Of a stretch of 33,859 nt of DNA, positions 16,003 to 25,165 are shown piece after piece; position 1 is the first letter of the stretch, and each line of letters begins with the position of its first letter. The notes beneath the pieces are model-generated. The model was not told where the DNA came from, ran no database searches, and saw nothing but the letters and a program-made list of their open reading frames with translations. The stretch spans positions 1 through 33,859 of the forward strand of contig JAFDAT010000004.1 in assembly GCA_019313725.1 (NCBI GenBank). The letters are read 5' to 3'. The translations under genes and the position numbers were made by a program. Origin of the DNA: Deltaproteobacteria bacterium. GTDB lineage: Bacteria > Desulfobacterota > Desulfobacteria > Desulfobacterales > B30-G6.

Positions 16003-18348
16003 ATGTGTCCAGAACATTTAAATCGTAATCTGCCGCAGTTTGCTCTAAACCAGGTCAAACGAATTGTATCTGATTTGTATTATATTGATGGCGATTACAA
16101 AGAACTGAATTGCGAACGGGATATTTCCTATCGCATTCGTACCAAGAGCGGCACAGCCTATGTTGTGAAAATCTCCAATGCTGTCGAGCCCGAAGGCGTC
16201 ATTGATTTCCAAATAAAAGCCCTGAAGCACATTGTTGAGCAAGACAGCGATTTGCAGGTGCCGCACATAATCCACACCAAGGACGATAAACCCTTTGACT
16301 GGGTTCAATCTGAAAGCGGTGACCGCCACATCATCCGCATGCTCACGTATATCGAAGGTGATGTAATGGACCGTACGCCCGCCGCCTTTAACCCCAAAAC
16401 GCGTTACAACATAGGTGCGATGGTTGGCCGGCTGACAAAGTCTCTGAGAAACTTTTATCATCCCTATGCAGGCCGTAATGTGCATCTGTGGGACATGAAT
16501 CGCTGCCTGGAACTGCGTCCGTATATTCAATATCTGCCCGACACACCCACCCGCGAACTGTGCAACACGATTCTCGATCGTGCTGAACGATTTATTTTGC
16601 CACAGTTAAAAAAAACGCGCTGGCAAGTGGTGCATCACGATGCCCACCCCGACAATGTGCTGGTGGACCCAGAAGATCCGACCCGCGCGGTCGGCATGAT
16701 TGATTTTGGCGATATGTTGTATGGTCCGGCGGTGGCCGACCTTGTGGCCGCCGGCGATTCCTTCGACGATGACAATACTGACCCACTGGACGCACTCTGC
16801 AGTACAGCCGCAGGTTTTGACAGCAGCTTTCCTTTAGAGGAAAACGAAATCGATCTCGTCTACGACATGATGCTGATTTGTTTGTTGATTAACACCGTAA
16901 TTATTGGTGCCCGCGATAGGCTGTCTGATGGCAGTGAAAAGGTGCATATAGAAAACACCGGCATAAACGCACGCATGCTCAAACGTCTCTGGGGAGTGGG
17001 GCGAGAAAAAGCCATTCGCCGTTTACGCAGGGCCTGTCGGTTTCCGGTGTATTCTGCTCGCAAAGAAGGGGACCAAGTGTTTCCCGATCGTACGAATGAA
17101 CTTTTGTCAAAGCGTGTGGATAATCTTGGTGATGTTTGGTATTTCTACGAAAAACCACTGAATTTTACCCGCAGCGAAGGACCATGGCTCTATACCGCCG
17201 ATGGCACAGCTTACCTGGATGCCTACAACAATGTGCAGCAGATGGGGCATGCCAATCCACATATCTCTTCCGCCATTGCACGTCAGGCGGCAGCAATCAA
17301 CGTTAACACCCGCTATATCTGCGATATTGTCGCAGATTACGCAGCGCACCTGACGGCTGAACTTCCCGATCATCTCAATGCGTGCTTTTTTGTGAACTCC
17401 GGCAGTGAGGCCAACGACGTGGCCATGCAGATGGCCAAGTTCGCCACTGGCAATATCGGTGCGCTGATTATGGAAGATGCATACCACGGCATAACCGAAA
17501 CCACCATGCGCCTTTCACCGGAAATCCTGGAGCCGCCTGACAATGTTGAGTGCCTACAGGTGCCGGATATGTATCGCGGCCCCTTTGCCAATGATCCTGA
17601 TGCTGCCGAAAAATATGCCGCCGATGCTGATCGCGCCATTGCCGATCTGGCCCGCCGTGGGTACAAGCCGGCTGTTTTTATGGTGGACACGGCTCTGTGC
17701 AGCAACGGTGTGCTGATGGCGCCTGACAATTATTTCAATCTGGTGGCGCAAAAAGTAAAAAGGGTCGGTGGTATGGTGGTTGCCGATGAAGTGCAGACGG
17801 GTTTGGGGCGTCTTGGTAATATGTGGGGCTTCAAAGCACGGGGTTTGGGGTACGTGGACATTGTCACTATGGGCAAACCGGTGGCCAATGGTTTTCCGGT
17901 AGGCATTGTGATCACCAGTCGTGAATTGTTGAATCGCTTTTCTAATGCAATTGACCTGTTCAGCACTTTCGGCGGCAACCCGGTTGCTTGCGCTGCAGGC
18001 ATGGCGTTGCTGGATGAAATAAAGCGACGTGATCTGGTCAATAAAAGCAATGCGTTGGGCGACTACTTCCGCCACCATTTGCACAAACTGGCCGATAGGC
18101 AATCGCTGATTGGCGATGTGCGCGGAGAGGGCATGATGATCGGCTTGGAATTTGTCACTAATCGCGAAAACAAAGCACCGGCCAGCGAACAGACATCGCG
18201 TCTGATAGAGCTGATGAAACAGGAATGTGTTTTAGTGAGCGAAGCCGGCCCGAAAAATGTATTGAAAATACGCCCTAACTTTAGCTGGGAACGTGAGCAT
18301 GTGGACTTATTTATCACCACGCTGGATCGCTGCCTGTCAAAGCTTTGA
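16003..18348 (+). CDS. fusion protein: APH/hydroxylysine-kinase-like kinase domain + class-III PLP enzyme (AGXT2L/phospho-lyase-like)
   Basis: I prefer the ATG at 16003, preceded by AAGGA at 15991-15995, over the TTG at 15976. The kinase motifs are 'HHDAHPDNVLV' and 'IDFGD'. The C-terminal half has 'DAYNNVQQMGHANPHI', 'DEVQTGLGRLG' and 'VTMGKPVANG' (PLP Lys). Confidence 0.75.
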   Translation: MCPEHLNRNLPQFALNQVKRIVSDLYYIDGDYKELNCERDISYRIRTKSGTAYVVKISNAVEPEGVIDFQIKALKHIVEQDSDLQVPHIIHTKDDKPFDWVQSESGDRHIIRMLTYIEGDVMDRTPAAFNPKTRYNIGAMVGRLTKSLRNFYHPYAGRNVHLWDMNRCLELRPYIQYLPDTPTRELCNTILDRAERFILPQLKKTRWQVVHHDAHPDNVLVDPEDPTRAVGMIDFGDMLYGPAVADLVAAGDSFDDDNTDPLDALCSTAAGFDSSFPLEENEIDLVYDMMLICLLINTVIIGARDRLSDGSEKVHIENTGINARMLKRLWGVGREKAIRRLRRACRFPVYSARKEGDQVFPDRTNELLSKRVDNLGDVWYFYEKPLNFTRSEGPWLYTADGTAYLDAYNNVQQMGHANPHISSAIARQAAAINVNTRYICDIVADYAAHLTAELPDHLNACFFVNSGSEANDVAMQMAKFATGNIGALIMEDAYHGITETTMRLSPEILEPPDNVECLQVPDMYRGPFANDPDAAEKYAADADRAIADLARRGYKPAVFMVDTALCSNGVLMAPDNYFNLVAQKVKRVGGMVVADEVQTGLGRLGNMWGFKARGLGYVDIVTMGKPVANGFPVGIVITSRELLNRFSNAIDLFSTFGGNPVACAAGMALLDEIKRRDLVNKSNALGDYFRHHLHKLADRQSLIGDVRGEGMMIGLEFVTNRENKAPASEQTSRLIELMKQECVLVSEAGPKNVLKIRPNFSWEREHVDLFITTLDRCLSKL

Positions 18349-18544
18349 TGCGTCAATGGAAGGCACAGATCACTGCGATTTTTTGTTTTCGTGTTAAGGA
18401 GACAGTATGAAACATGAAGCCGTAGATCTGCTTTTCATCATATCCTTTTACCTTTGTCGGCGGAAGCTTTTCGGTTTTAATAAAAAGGAAAATAGAGATT
18501 CCCCGGATATGTTGCCCAAAGGTTGGCCACTGCTTCATTAACCA

Positions 18545-19000
18545 TTAATATTCGATACCGTCGCGATCATAAACTGACATAATGGTAGCGATCATTGTTG
18601 CAACTAATTTTTGCCCACCTTCTGTATAGGAAAATAACTCACCTTCCGTTACGGTGATATTTTTACCGGGTTTTTTAACCTTACCAACAGCTTGGAATCG
18701 CTCTCCTTTTGCTGGAGACAATAGATTTACCTTAAATTCAATAGTGAGAACAGCGGCATTCTCCGGCATCAATGAGAAAGCTGCGTAACCACAAGCGGTA
18801 TCAAGCATAGTTGAGACGATACCGGCATGGATGAAACCATGTTGCTGAGTTAAGTTTGATTGATACGGAAACGCTAATTCTATTTCACCCGGGCGAATAG
18901 CAATGATGGATGCATTAATCGTTTTCATCATTCCCTGCCGGTTAAAACTCTCAATTACTTTCTCTTTATATCCAGCACTCGGCTTGAATTGTGAATCCAT
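18545..19000 (-). CDS. hotdog-fold thioesterase (PaaI/YbdB-like)
   Basis: 151 aa. 'QHGFIHAGIVSTMLDTACGYAA' and 'GKVKKPGKNITVTEGEL' are typical of PaaI-family thioesterases. Confidence 0.7.
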   Translation of the reverse strand: MDSQFKPSAGYKEKVIESFNRQGMMKTINASIIAIRPGEIELAFPYQSNLTQQHGFIHAGIVSTMLDTACGYAAFSLMPENAAVLTIEFKVNLLSPAKGERFQAVGKVKKPGKNITVTEGELFSYTEGGQKLVATMIATIMSVYDRDGIEY

Positions 19001-19078
19001 AGTTATATTTTCCCCTTCAATATTTTCATTAAATACGCCAACTTCCGATCGAGGATTTTCCTTGTATCCACCTTATCA

Positions 19079-20410
19079 TTAAATTTTAGGTAATACATCC
19101 TCTATAATGTTTAAAGCGATACCTACTTGTTCTTCTGTTATGACCAGCGGAGGACAAAGGCGAACTGTATTCGTACCCAATCCACCTGTAGGAATGCCAC
19201 CGCCTAAAAGTAAACCTCGATCTTCACATTCTGTAACCAATTTTATCGTACGATCCGGATCTGGCCGTCTGCTTGCTCTCGATTCAATTATTTCCATACC
19301 CAGGAAAAGACCCTTACCCCTGACGTCACCAACAATCTCGAATTTTGTTTGAAGATCCTCGAGTCCCTTTTTCAAAAGTGCGCCCATACTAATGCTTTTC
19401 GCTAAGAGGTTTTCGCGTTCAATCACTTCTATATTAGCTAAAGCTACTGCACATTGAAAGGAATCCCCCATATGAGTAGCCCCCTGATCAAAACCATTTG
19501 CTACAGCTCTTTCGGCGATATCGTCGGTGGTAATCACTGCGGCTACAGGAACACCCTGACCGAGCGCTTTTGACGTGGTCAAAATATCCGGCACTATACC
19601 ATAGTGTTCAAAGCCAAACCACTTTCCCGTTCGGCCCATTCCTGTGAGTGATTCATCAATGATAAGTAACATTTCTCTTTCGTTACAAATTTGCCGTAGG
19701 CGCCTAACCCAATCTGCAGGTGGGACAATAGTACCTCCAACTCCCTGCATAATTTCGATGAGCATCGCTGCAGGCTGGCCGGAAGTTGTCCTATCGATAA
19801 CGTCCTCGGCGTATGAAAGACATGAGAGGTTGCATGGGAGCGTCTCGTTAAAAGCACACCGGTAGCAATACGGGGCAGGAATGAAAGCAGATCCAGGCAA
19901 AAGTGGACCATAGCCAGTGCGAGCCCCCCTGCTATTGCTGGTATAAGACTGACTGCCGGCTGTTCTGCCGTGGTAACCTCTTAAAAGGGAGACCACTTCA
20001 AAACGTCCGGTATATTTTTTTGCAAGCCGCAGCGAAGCCTCGACAGATTCTGAGCCGGTGGATAGAAAGAAAGACTTTGCAAGTGGATCAGGAACAATTT
20101 CAGAAAGTTTTTTTGATAGAAGAACTCGTGGTATATTCAAAACTCTTATACTATTTTGCATAAGCAACTCTATTTGTTCCCTTATTCGCTTAAGAACCGC
20201 GGGATGACTGTGCCCGGTTGCCATTGCCATTTGGCCTGATTCGAAGTCCAAATACTTCTTCCCCTCCACGTCCCAGACCTCAACCCCTTTTCCTTTTTCC
20301 AGCACAATAGATCGGGTTTTCCTTACCTGGGCTCGATATTTTCGATCCAATTTAACCCAATAATCATTATTCATTGTTATCTCTTCTCGATTTAAATTCT
20401 TTGCTTGCAT
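19079..20410 (-). CDS. class-III (omega) aminotransferase
   Basis: 443 aa with a strong GAGGAGG RBS 8 nt upstream of the ATG. Motifs: 'ATGHSHPAV', 'STGSESVEASLRLAKK', 'IIDESLTGMGRTGKWF' and 'TTSKALG' (PLP Lys). Confidence 0.8.
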   Translation of the reverse strand: MQAKNLNREEITMNNDYWVKLDRKYRAQVRKTRSIVLEKGKGVEVWDVEGKKYLDFESGQMAMATGHSHPAVLKRIREQIELLMQNSIRVLNIPRVLLSKKLSEIVPDPLAKSFFLSTGSESVEASLRLAKKYTGRFEVVSLLRGYHGRTAGSQSYTSNSRGARTGYGPLLPGSAFIPAPYCYRCAFNETLPCNLSCLSYAEDVIDRTTSGQPAAMLIEIMQGVGGTIVPPADWVRRLRQICNEREMLLIIDESLTGMGRTGKWFGFEHYGIVPDILTTSKALGQGVPVAAVITTDDIAERAVANGFDQGATHMGDSFQCAVALANIEVIERENLLAKSISMGALLKKGLEDLQTKFEIVGDVRGKGLFLGMEIIESRASRRPDPDRTIKLVTECEDRGLLLGGGIPTGGLGTNTVRLCPPLVITEEQVGIALNIIEDVLPKI

Positions 20411-20614
20411 ATTAATTTCCTCCTCACGATCTGAAATTTTTCATATATCGCTTGTTTATCTGATAAAAACTGCCTTCCCCCAAAATTTGGATATCATATA
20501 TTTCACGAAAAAGCTAAAAGCCAGAAGGTCAAATATATTTCATGCATGGGTGCCAATACAATATTTGGCTCCTGACGCGGTTGACATGACCACGGTGTGG
20601 TATTATTTTTTCCC

Positions 20615-21034
20615 ATGAAAAACCTATATTCACCTAAAAATATCTGGCTTTGCCTATCCTTGATTCTGCTGGTGCCGGTTATCGGCATTGCTGCGGAAGC
20701 AGCCATCCAAAACATCAGCGCTGAAATGTCGGCGGATCTGATCGAAAAGTACCGGTCAAACCCTGACTTCGTTATCCTGGATATCCGCACACCGGCCGAG
20801 TTCGAGGCCGGCCACATCTCAGGTGCGCACATGCTTGATTTTTATTCCAAATCCTTTGCCAATGATTTCAGCCGCCTGGACCCCGACAAAATCTATCTCA
20901 TTTACTGCCGCAGCGGAAACCGTAGCGGGCAGCTGATGAAGGCCATCAGAGAACTGGGGTTTGAAATGATCTACAACATGGAACGCGGCCTGGTGGACTG
21001 GGTGGGCCAGGGATATGAACTGACAACATCATAG
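20615..21034 (+). CDS. exported single-domain rhodanese (sulfurtransferase)
   Basis: I prefer the ATG at 20615. It has signal peptide 'IWLCLSLILLVPVIGIAAEA' and active-site loop 'CRSGNRS'. Confidence 0.8.
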   Translation: MKNLYSPKNIWLCLSLILLVPVIGIAAEAAIQNISAEMSADLIEKYRSNPDFVILDIRTPAEFEAGHISGAHMLDFYSKSFANDFSRLDPDKIYLIYCRSGNRSGQLMKAIRELGFEMIYNMERGLVDWVGQGYELTTS

Positions 21035-21080
21035 CGCCGGCAGATAGAGAACCAGCAGATATTGTTTTTGAGGGTGCCCA

Positions 21081-23258
21081 ATGGAATTCACTGAACAATA
21101 TAAACGCATGAAAACAAAAAGGGGTTCCGCGTACACACCTCGTACCCGGCACATAGGGCCCGATGGCTGGGCTAAATACACCAACCGCCTTTTTCTCGAA
21201 TCCAGTCCCTATCTGCTCCAGCACGCTCACAATCCCGTGGACTGGCATGCCTGGGGTGATGAAGCCTTCGAAATTGCGCAAAAAAATAATCTCCCCGTAC
21301 TTCTTTCCGTGGGTTATGCCACCTGCCACTGGTGCCATGTCATGGAAGAGGAGTCGTTCGAAGATGAAGAAATTGCTGAATTTATCAACCAGAACTACAT
21401 TGCCATCAAAGTGGACCGCGAAGAACGACCGGATGTGGATGCCATTTACATGGCAGCCGTGCAGGCATTGACCGGCAGGGGCGGATGGCCCATGACGGTG
21501 TGGCTGATGCCCGACAGAAAACCTTTTTTCGGGGGGACCTACTTCCCGGCCAGGGACGGGGACCGTGGCGGCAATGTCGGGTTCCTGACCCTGTTGAAAA
21601 AAATCAGGGAAAGCTTTGACCGGCGCCGGAATCTGTTGACCCAGTCCAGCCAACAGATTACCGGCGCCATCCAACGCATCCTGAAACCCGAGGCAGGTAA
21701 TAGTTTACCGGACAATGACATCCTTCACAAAGCCATGGGCACCTACAGGGATCGCTTCGATCCCGTTGACGGCGGGCTTAAAGGGGGGCCCAAATTCCCC
21801 AGCACGCTGCCATCGAGGCTGATTTTCCGATTTGATCGACGGAACCCGGGTTCAGGTGTATTGGACATGGCCCGCCTGACCCTCGATAAAATGGCGGGGG
21901 GAGGAATATACGACCACGTGGGAGGCGGGTTTCACCGCTATTCCACGGACACCGGATGGCTCGTACCCCACTTCGAAAAAATGCTTTACGACAACGCGCT
22001 ACTGGTCCTGGACTACCTTGAGGGCTATCAGGTGTTCAAGGACGAGCAATATCGGCGCATTGCCGAAGAAACCCTTAATTATGTTCAGCAGGACATGACC
22101 TCCCCGGAAGGTGCTTTTTACGCTGCAACCGATGCCGACAGCCTGACCCCGGAAGGAGATAGGGAGGAGGGCTACTTTTTCACATGGACCCCGTCAGAAC
22201 TCGAATCGGCACTGGGCCAGGATCTTTTTAATATTGTCCGCAGCTATTATGCCGTGGGTGCTGCCTCAAAGTTTGAGGGACGCCATATTCTGAACAGGCA
22301 GGCGCCGGCAACGGACATCGCCAGACAGCTGAATATCAGTGAATCGGAACTGTCAGCTGCCATCGAAAAATCAATATCGATCTTGAAGGCCGGCCGGGAA
22401 CAGCGCCCTCTCCCCATAAGGGATGAAAAAATTCTGACCGCCTGGAACGGCCTGATGATCTCCGCCTTTGCCAGGGCCGGATTCATCCTGGATGACGCCG
22501 CCTATACCCAGTCTGCAATCCAGGCGGCCGACTTCCTGTTGAAGCACATGATGGTCGACGGCCGGCTCTACCGAAGCTACAAAGAGGGAAAAGCACGCCA
22601 CAAAGCCTACCTCGACGACTACGCCTTCTTGACTGCATCCCTGCTGGACATCTACGAGACCACCCATGACATCCAATGGTTCACAAAGGCGCTCGAACTT
22701 GAAAACGTCCTGGCAAAACATTACGAAGACCCGAAGGAAGGCGGTTTTTTCATGACCGGCGATGACCATGAAGCGCTGATTGCCAGGGAGAAACCCAACT
22801 TTGACGGGGCACTTCCCTCGGGCAATGCCGTGGCCATCATGAACCTGCTGCGCATCGGAGCATTCACCGCCGACAACACTTACGGTGAACGGGCCGAAAA
22901 AGCGCTTACATCGCTTTCCGACGTCCTGGCTTCAAACCCCTCGGCGCTTGCCTCGCTGCTGATGGCACTTGATTTCCACCTGGATGAACCCCGGGAAATC
23001 ATCATCGTCACACCGCATGGAGAAATGCAGGCAGCCGAGCCTTTCCTGTCAATATTGCGGGCACATTTTCTGCCCAACCGGGTCATCGCCGTGGTAACGG
23101 ATGGTGACGGCCGTGAAACGGCCGCGTCTGTCATGCCGATTGTTCGCAACCGTCCACCCCTGGACGGAAAGGCCACCGCATATGTGTGCGCAGGCAACAC
23201 CTGCAGGCTGCCCGCTACAGATCCGGTGGAATTCGCTCGACAACTAGGTTTACCCTAA
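21081..23258 (+). CDS. DUF255 thioredoxin-like domain protein with (alpha/alpha)6-type C-terminal region (YyaL/SSP411-like)
   Basis: 725 aa. It has '[16 protein letters not shown]' and 'GGWP' motifs followed by a long helical repeat region. Confidence 0.7.
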   Translation: MEFTEQYKRMKTKRGSAYTPRTRHIGPDGWAKYTNRLFLESSPYLLQHAHNPVDWHAWGDEAFEIAQKNNLPVLLSVGYATCHWCHVMEEESFEDEEIAEFINQNYIAIKVDREERPDVDAIYMAAVQALTGRGGWPMTVWLMPDRKPFFGGTYFPARDGDRGGNVGFLTLLKKIRESFDRRRNLLTQSSQQITGAIQRILKPEAGNSLPDNDILHKAMGTYRDRFDPVDGGLKGGPKFPSTLPSRLIFRFDRRNPGSGVLDMARLTLDKMAGGGIYDHVGGGFHRYSTDTGWLVPHFEKMLYDNALLVLDYLEGYQVFKDEQYRRIAEETLNYVQQDMTSPEGAFYAATDADSLTPEGDREEGYFFTWTPSELESALGQDLFNIVRSYYAVGAASKFEGRHILNRQAPATDIARQLNISESELSAAIEKSISILKAGREQRPLPIRDEKILTAWNGLMISAFARAGFILDDAAYTQSAIQAADFLLKHMMVDGRLYRSYKEGKARHKAYLDDYAFLTASLLDIYETTHDIQWFTKALELENVLAKHYEDPKEGGFFMTGDDHEALIAREKPNFDGALPSGNAVAIMNLLRIGAFTADNTYGERAEKALTSLSDVLASNPSALASLLMALDFHLDEPREIIIVTPHGEMQAAEPFLSILRAHFLPNRVIAVVTDGDGRETAASVMPIVRNRPPLDGKATAYVCAGNTCRLPATDPVEFARQLGLP

Positions 23259-23292
23259 TGTTGCAGTGACACATCTCTTCCGCTTTCTCTGC

Positions 23293-23322
23293 TTGACAAA
23301 GACTGTTTTACTCGTGTAAAAT
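23293..23322 (+). promoter_or_regulatory. near-consensus sigma70-type promoter
   Basis: TTGACA (23293-23298), an 18-nt spacer, then TAAAAT (23317-23322). It lies about 230 nt upstream of the kinase start codon. Confidence 0.5.
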
Positions 23323-23550
23323 GTTGAGAAATGCGACAGATTAGGGGTGCGGCGCGCTTGTTCTCCTGTGGTTATTAATATAACGTTTCACTTGTCCTCA
23401 AGTGAAGTTTTACTACTCCTCGTCCACCAGCAAAAAAGTTCATACCCGCCTCTATTGCACTTAAAACCACCACAACCGCCTTCCCAGGGATAGGGCTCTT
23501 TAATATTGGAATAAGCATGGCAACGGCGGATCCACCCACAAGGAGCATTC

Positions 23551-25110
23551 ATGGATATCGATGAAAAACTGGATCACTGCCTCGTATTGAATGTTGGCGT
23601 TATCGCCAGGGGAACACGATGCCTGTCCATCATGCGGACACTGCATGCCATAAAACCTGTTCACGTTCGTTTCAAACTCGTTGGTGTCGCTCCGGTTTCT
23701 AAATCCATAGCCTGTTATAAATATGCCGGCGAAATGGATATTGACATTATTGATAATTATCTGGACATGCTCTCACTGGATTATCTCGACTTCATCCTGG
23801 AACTGACTGGTGAGGAACAGATACTGTCAAATCTCGTTAAGTATAAATCCCCGGCCATCGGCATCCTGGACCGTCAGGCCTCGATGCTTTTACTTGATAT
23901 CGCGACACGTTCTGAACAAGCCGCCCACAAGGAAACAGATATCAGTCTGGCCAGCTCATTCGCCTCGGCCCTCCTGGAGGCATCTCCGGATGGTGTCTTG
24001 GTTCTCGACCGTGATTTCAACATAATCAGATGCAATGACTCTCCGTTGATATCCGGTAGCCGGGACCACAAACATTTACTCGGAAAATGCTGTTTCGAAG
24101 TCATTCACGGAGCCCAAAAGCTATGCAGCTGCGATGAGCGGATGTGCCCGGCCCAGGAAACCCTGCGTACCGGACGTCCCACACGCGTGGTCCATGAAAG
24201 CAGCGCCCTGAATGCCGAACCAATGGTATCCCAGGTAACGGCCTACCCCATATTCAACCATATGAAAGAAATTGTTCAGCTGGTTGTCACCATAAGGGAC
24301 ATCACCAAAGCGCTTACAGAAAGAGTTGAACAACGCACCCGGGCCATAAAGGATGATCTGGAACGGTTTGTCCAAGAAGATCGACTGGCATCCATTGGCC
24401 GTCTGGTCGCTTCGGTCTGTCATGAAATCAACAACCCCATTGCCAGCATTGTCACTTTCAACAAACTGATTCTCTCCTATCTACAGGAGGATAGATTGCC
24501 GCCAGAGGGGTTGTCAGGTTTTAAACGCTACCTGGAACTTTCCGTTCGCGAAGCTCTGCGGTGCGGAGGCATAGTTACCAATCTGCTGACCTTCGCGCGA
24601 CAGAACAGTGTTGAAGCCAAAGAGATCGACCTCAAGGAGATCGTTCATACGATTCTTCAACTGATCCACCATCAACTGGAAGCCACGCACGTGGACCTGG
24701 AAGTGAATCTACCAGCAGTACCGTTTACGGCATGGGGGGATAAAGCCCAGATACAGCAATGTCTAATGAATTTGATATTCAACGCCATCGAATCAATGCC
24801 TGATGGTGGGAAACTTACCATCGAAGGCACGCTGGATGAAGAAATAGATACGGTACGAATAACTGTTGCCGACGAAGGACAGGGAATCAAACCCGAAGAC
24901 CTGCCCCGAATTTTCGAACCGTTCTACACAACTAAAGTTGAAGGCAAAGGTGTCGGACTCGGGCTCTCCATGACCTACGGAATCATACGTGAACACAAGG
25001 GGACACTGGAGGTTAACAGTCAGGTTGGTGAAGGTACCGTATTCAAAATTAAACTGCCCAGCCACCCGACCGAGGTCAAAAGTGCAGGGACCCTATCTTC
25101 AACTGCCTGA
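23551..25110 (+). CDS. cytoplasmic PAS-domain sensor histidine kinase
   Basis: 519 aa with an AAGGAG RBS and no TM segments. It has a PAS-like region with a Cys cluster, H-box 'CHEINNPIASI', N box 'NLIFNAIESM', and G boxes 'DEGQGI' and 'GKGVGLGLS'. Confidence 0.85.
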   Translation: MDIDEKLDHCLVLNVGVIARGTRCLSIMRTLHAIKPVHVRFKLVGVAPVSKSIACYKYAGEMDIDIIDNYLDMLSLDYLDFILELTGEEQILSNLVKYKSPAIGILDRQASMLLLDIATRSEQAAHKETDISLASSFASALLEASPDGVLVLDRDFNIIRCNDSPLISGSRDHKHLLGKCCFEVIHGAQKLCSCDERMCPAQETLRTGRPTRVVHESSALNAEPMVSQVTAYPIFNHMKEIVQLVVTIRDITKALTERVEQRTRAIKDDLERFVQEDRLASIGRLVASVCHEINNPIASIVTFNKLILSYLQEDRLPPEGLSGFKRYLELSVREALRCGGIVTNLLTFARQNSVEAKEIDLKEIVHTILQLIHHQLEATHVDLEVNLPAVPFTAWGDKAQIQQCLMNLIFNAIESMPDGGKLTIEGTLDEEIDTVRITVADEGQGIKPEDLPRIFEPFYTTKVEGKGVGLGLSMTYGIIREHKGTLEVNSQVGEGTVFKIKLPSHPTEVKSAGTLSSTA

Positions 25111-25165
25111 GTGCTCAAGGTGATGGATACTCAGTAAATAAATAGAAAACATAAGGAGTAATTCA

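Noticed and set aside
18353-18538. 61-aa ORF between the convergent kinase-fusion and thioesterase genes
   Set aside because: It has no RBS and no recognisable features, and it lies in a convergent terminator zone. Not reported as a gene.
20541-20556. TGGCAC...TGCA on the minus strand upstream of the aminotransferase gene
   Set aside because: The GG-to-GC spacing is three nucleotides too short for a sigma54 -24/-12 element.
20946-21674. 242-aa ORF on the minus strand
   Set aside because: It spans the 3' end of the rhodanese gene, the intergenic gap and the 5' part of the DUF255 gene on the opposite strand. Both of those genes have clear family motifs.
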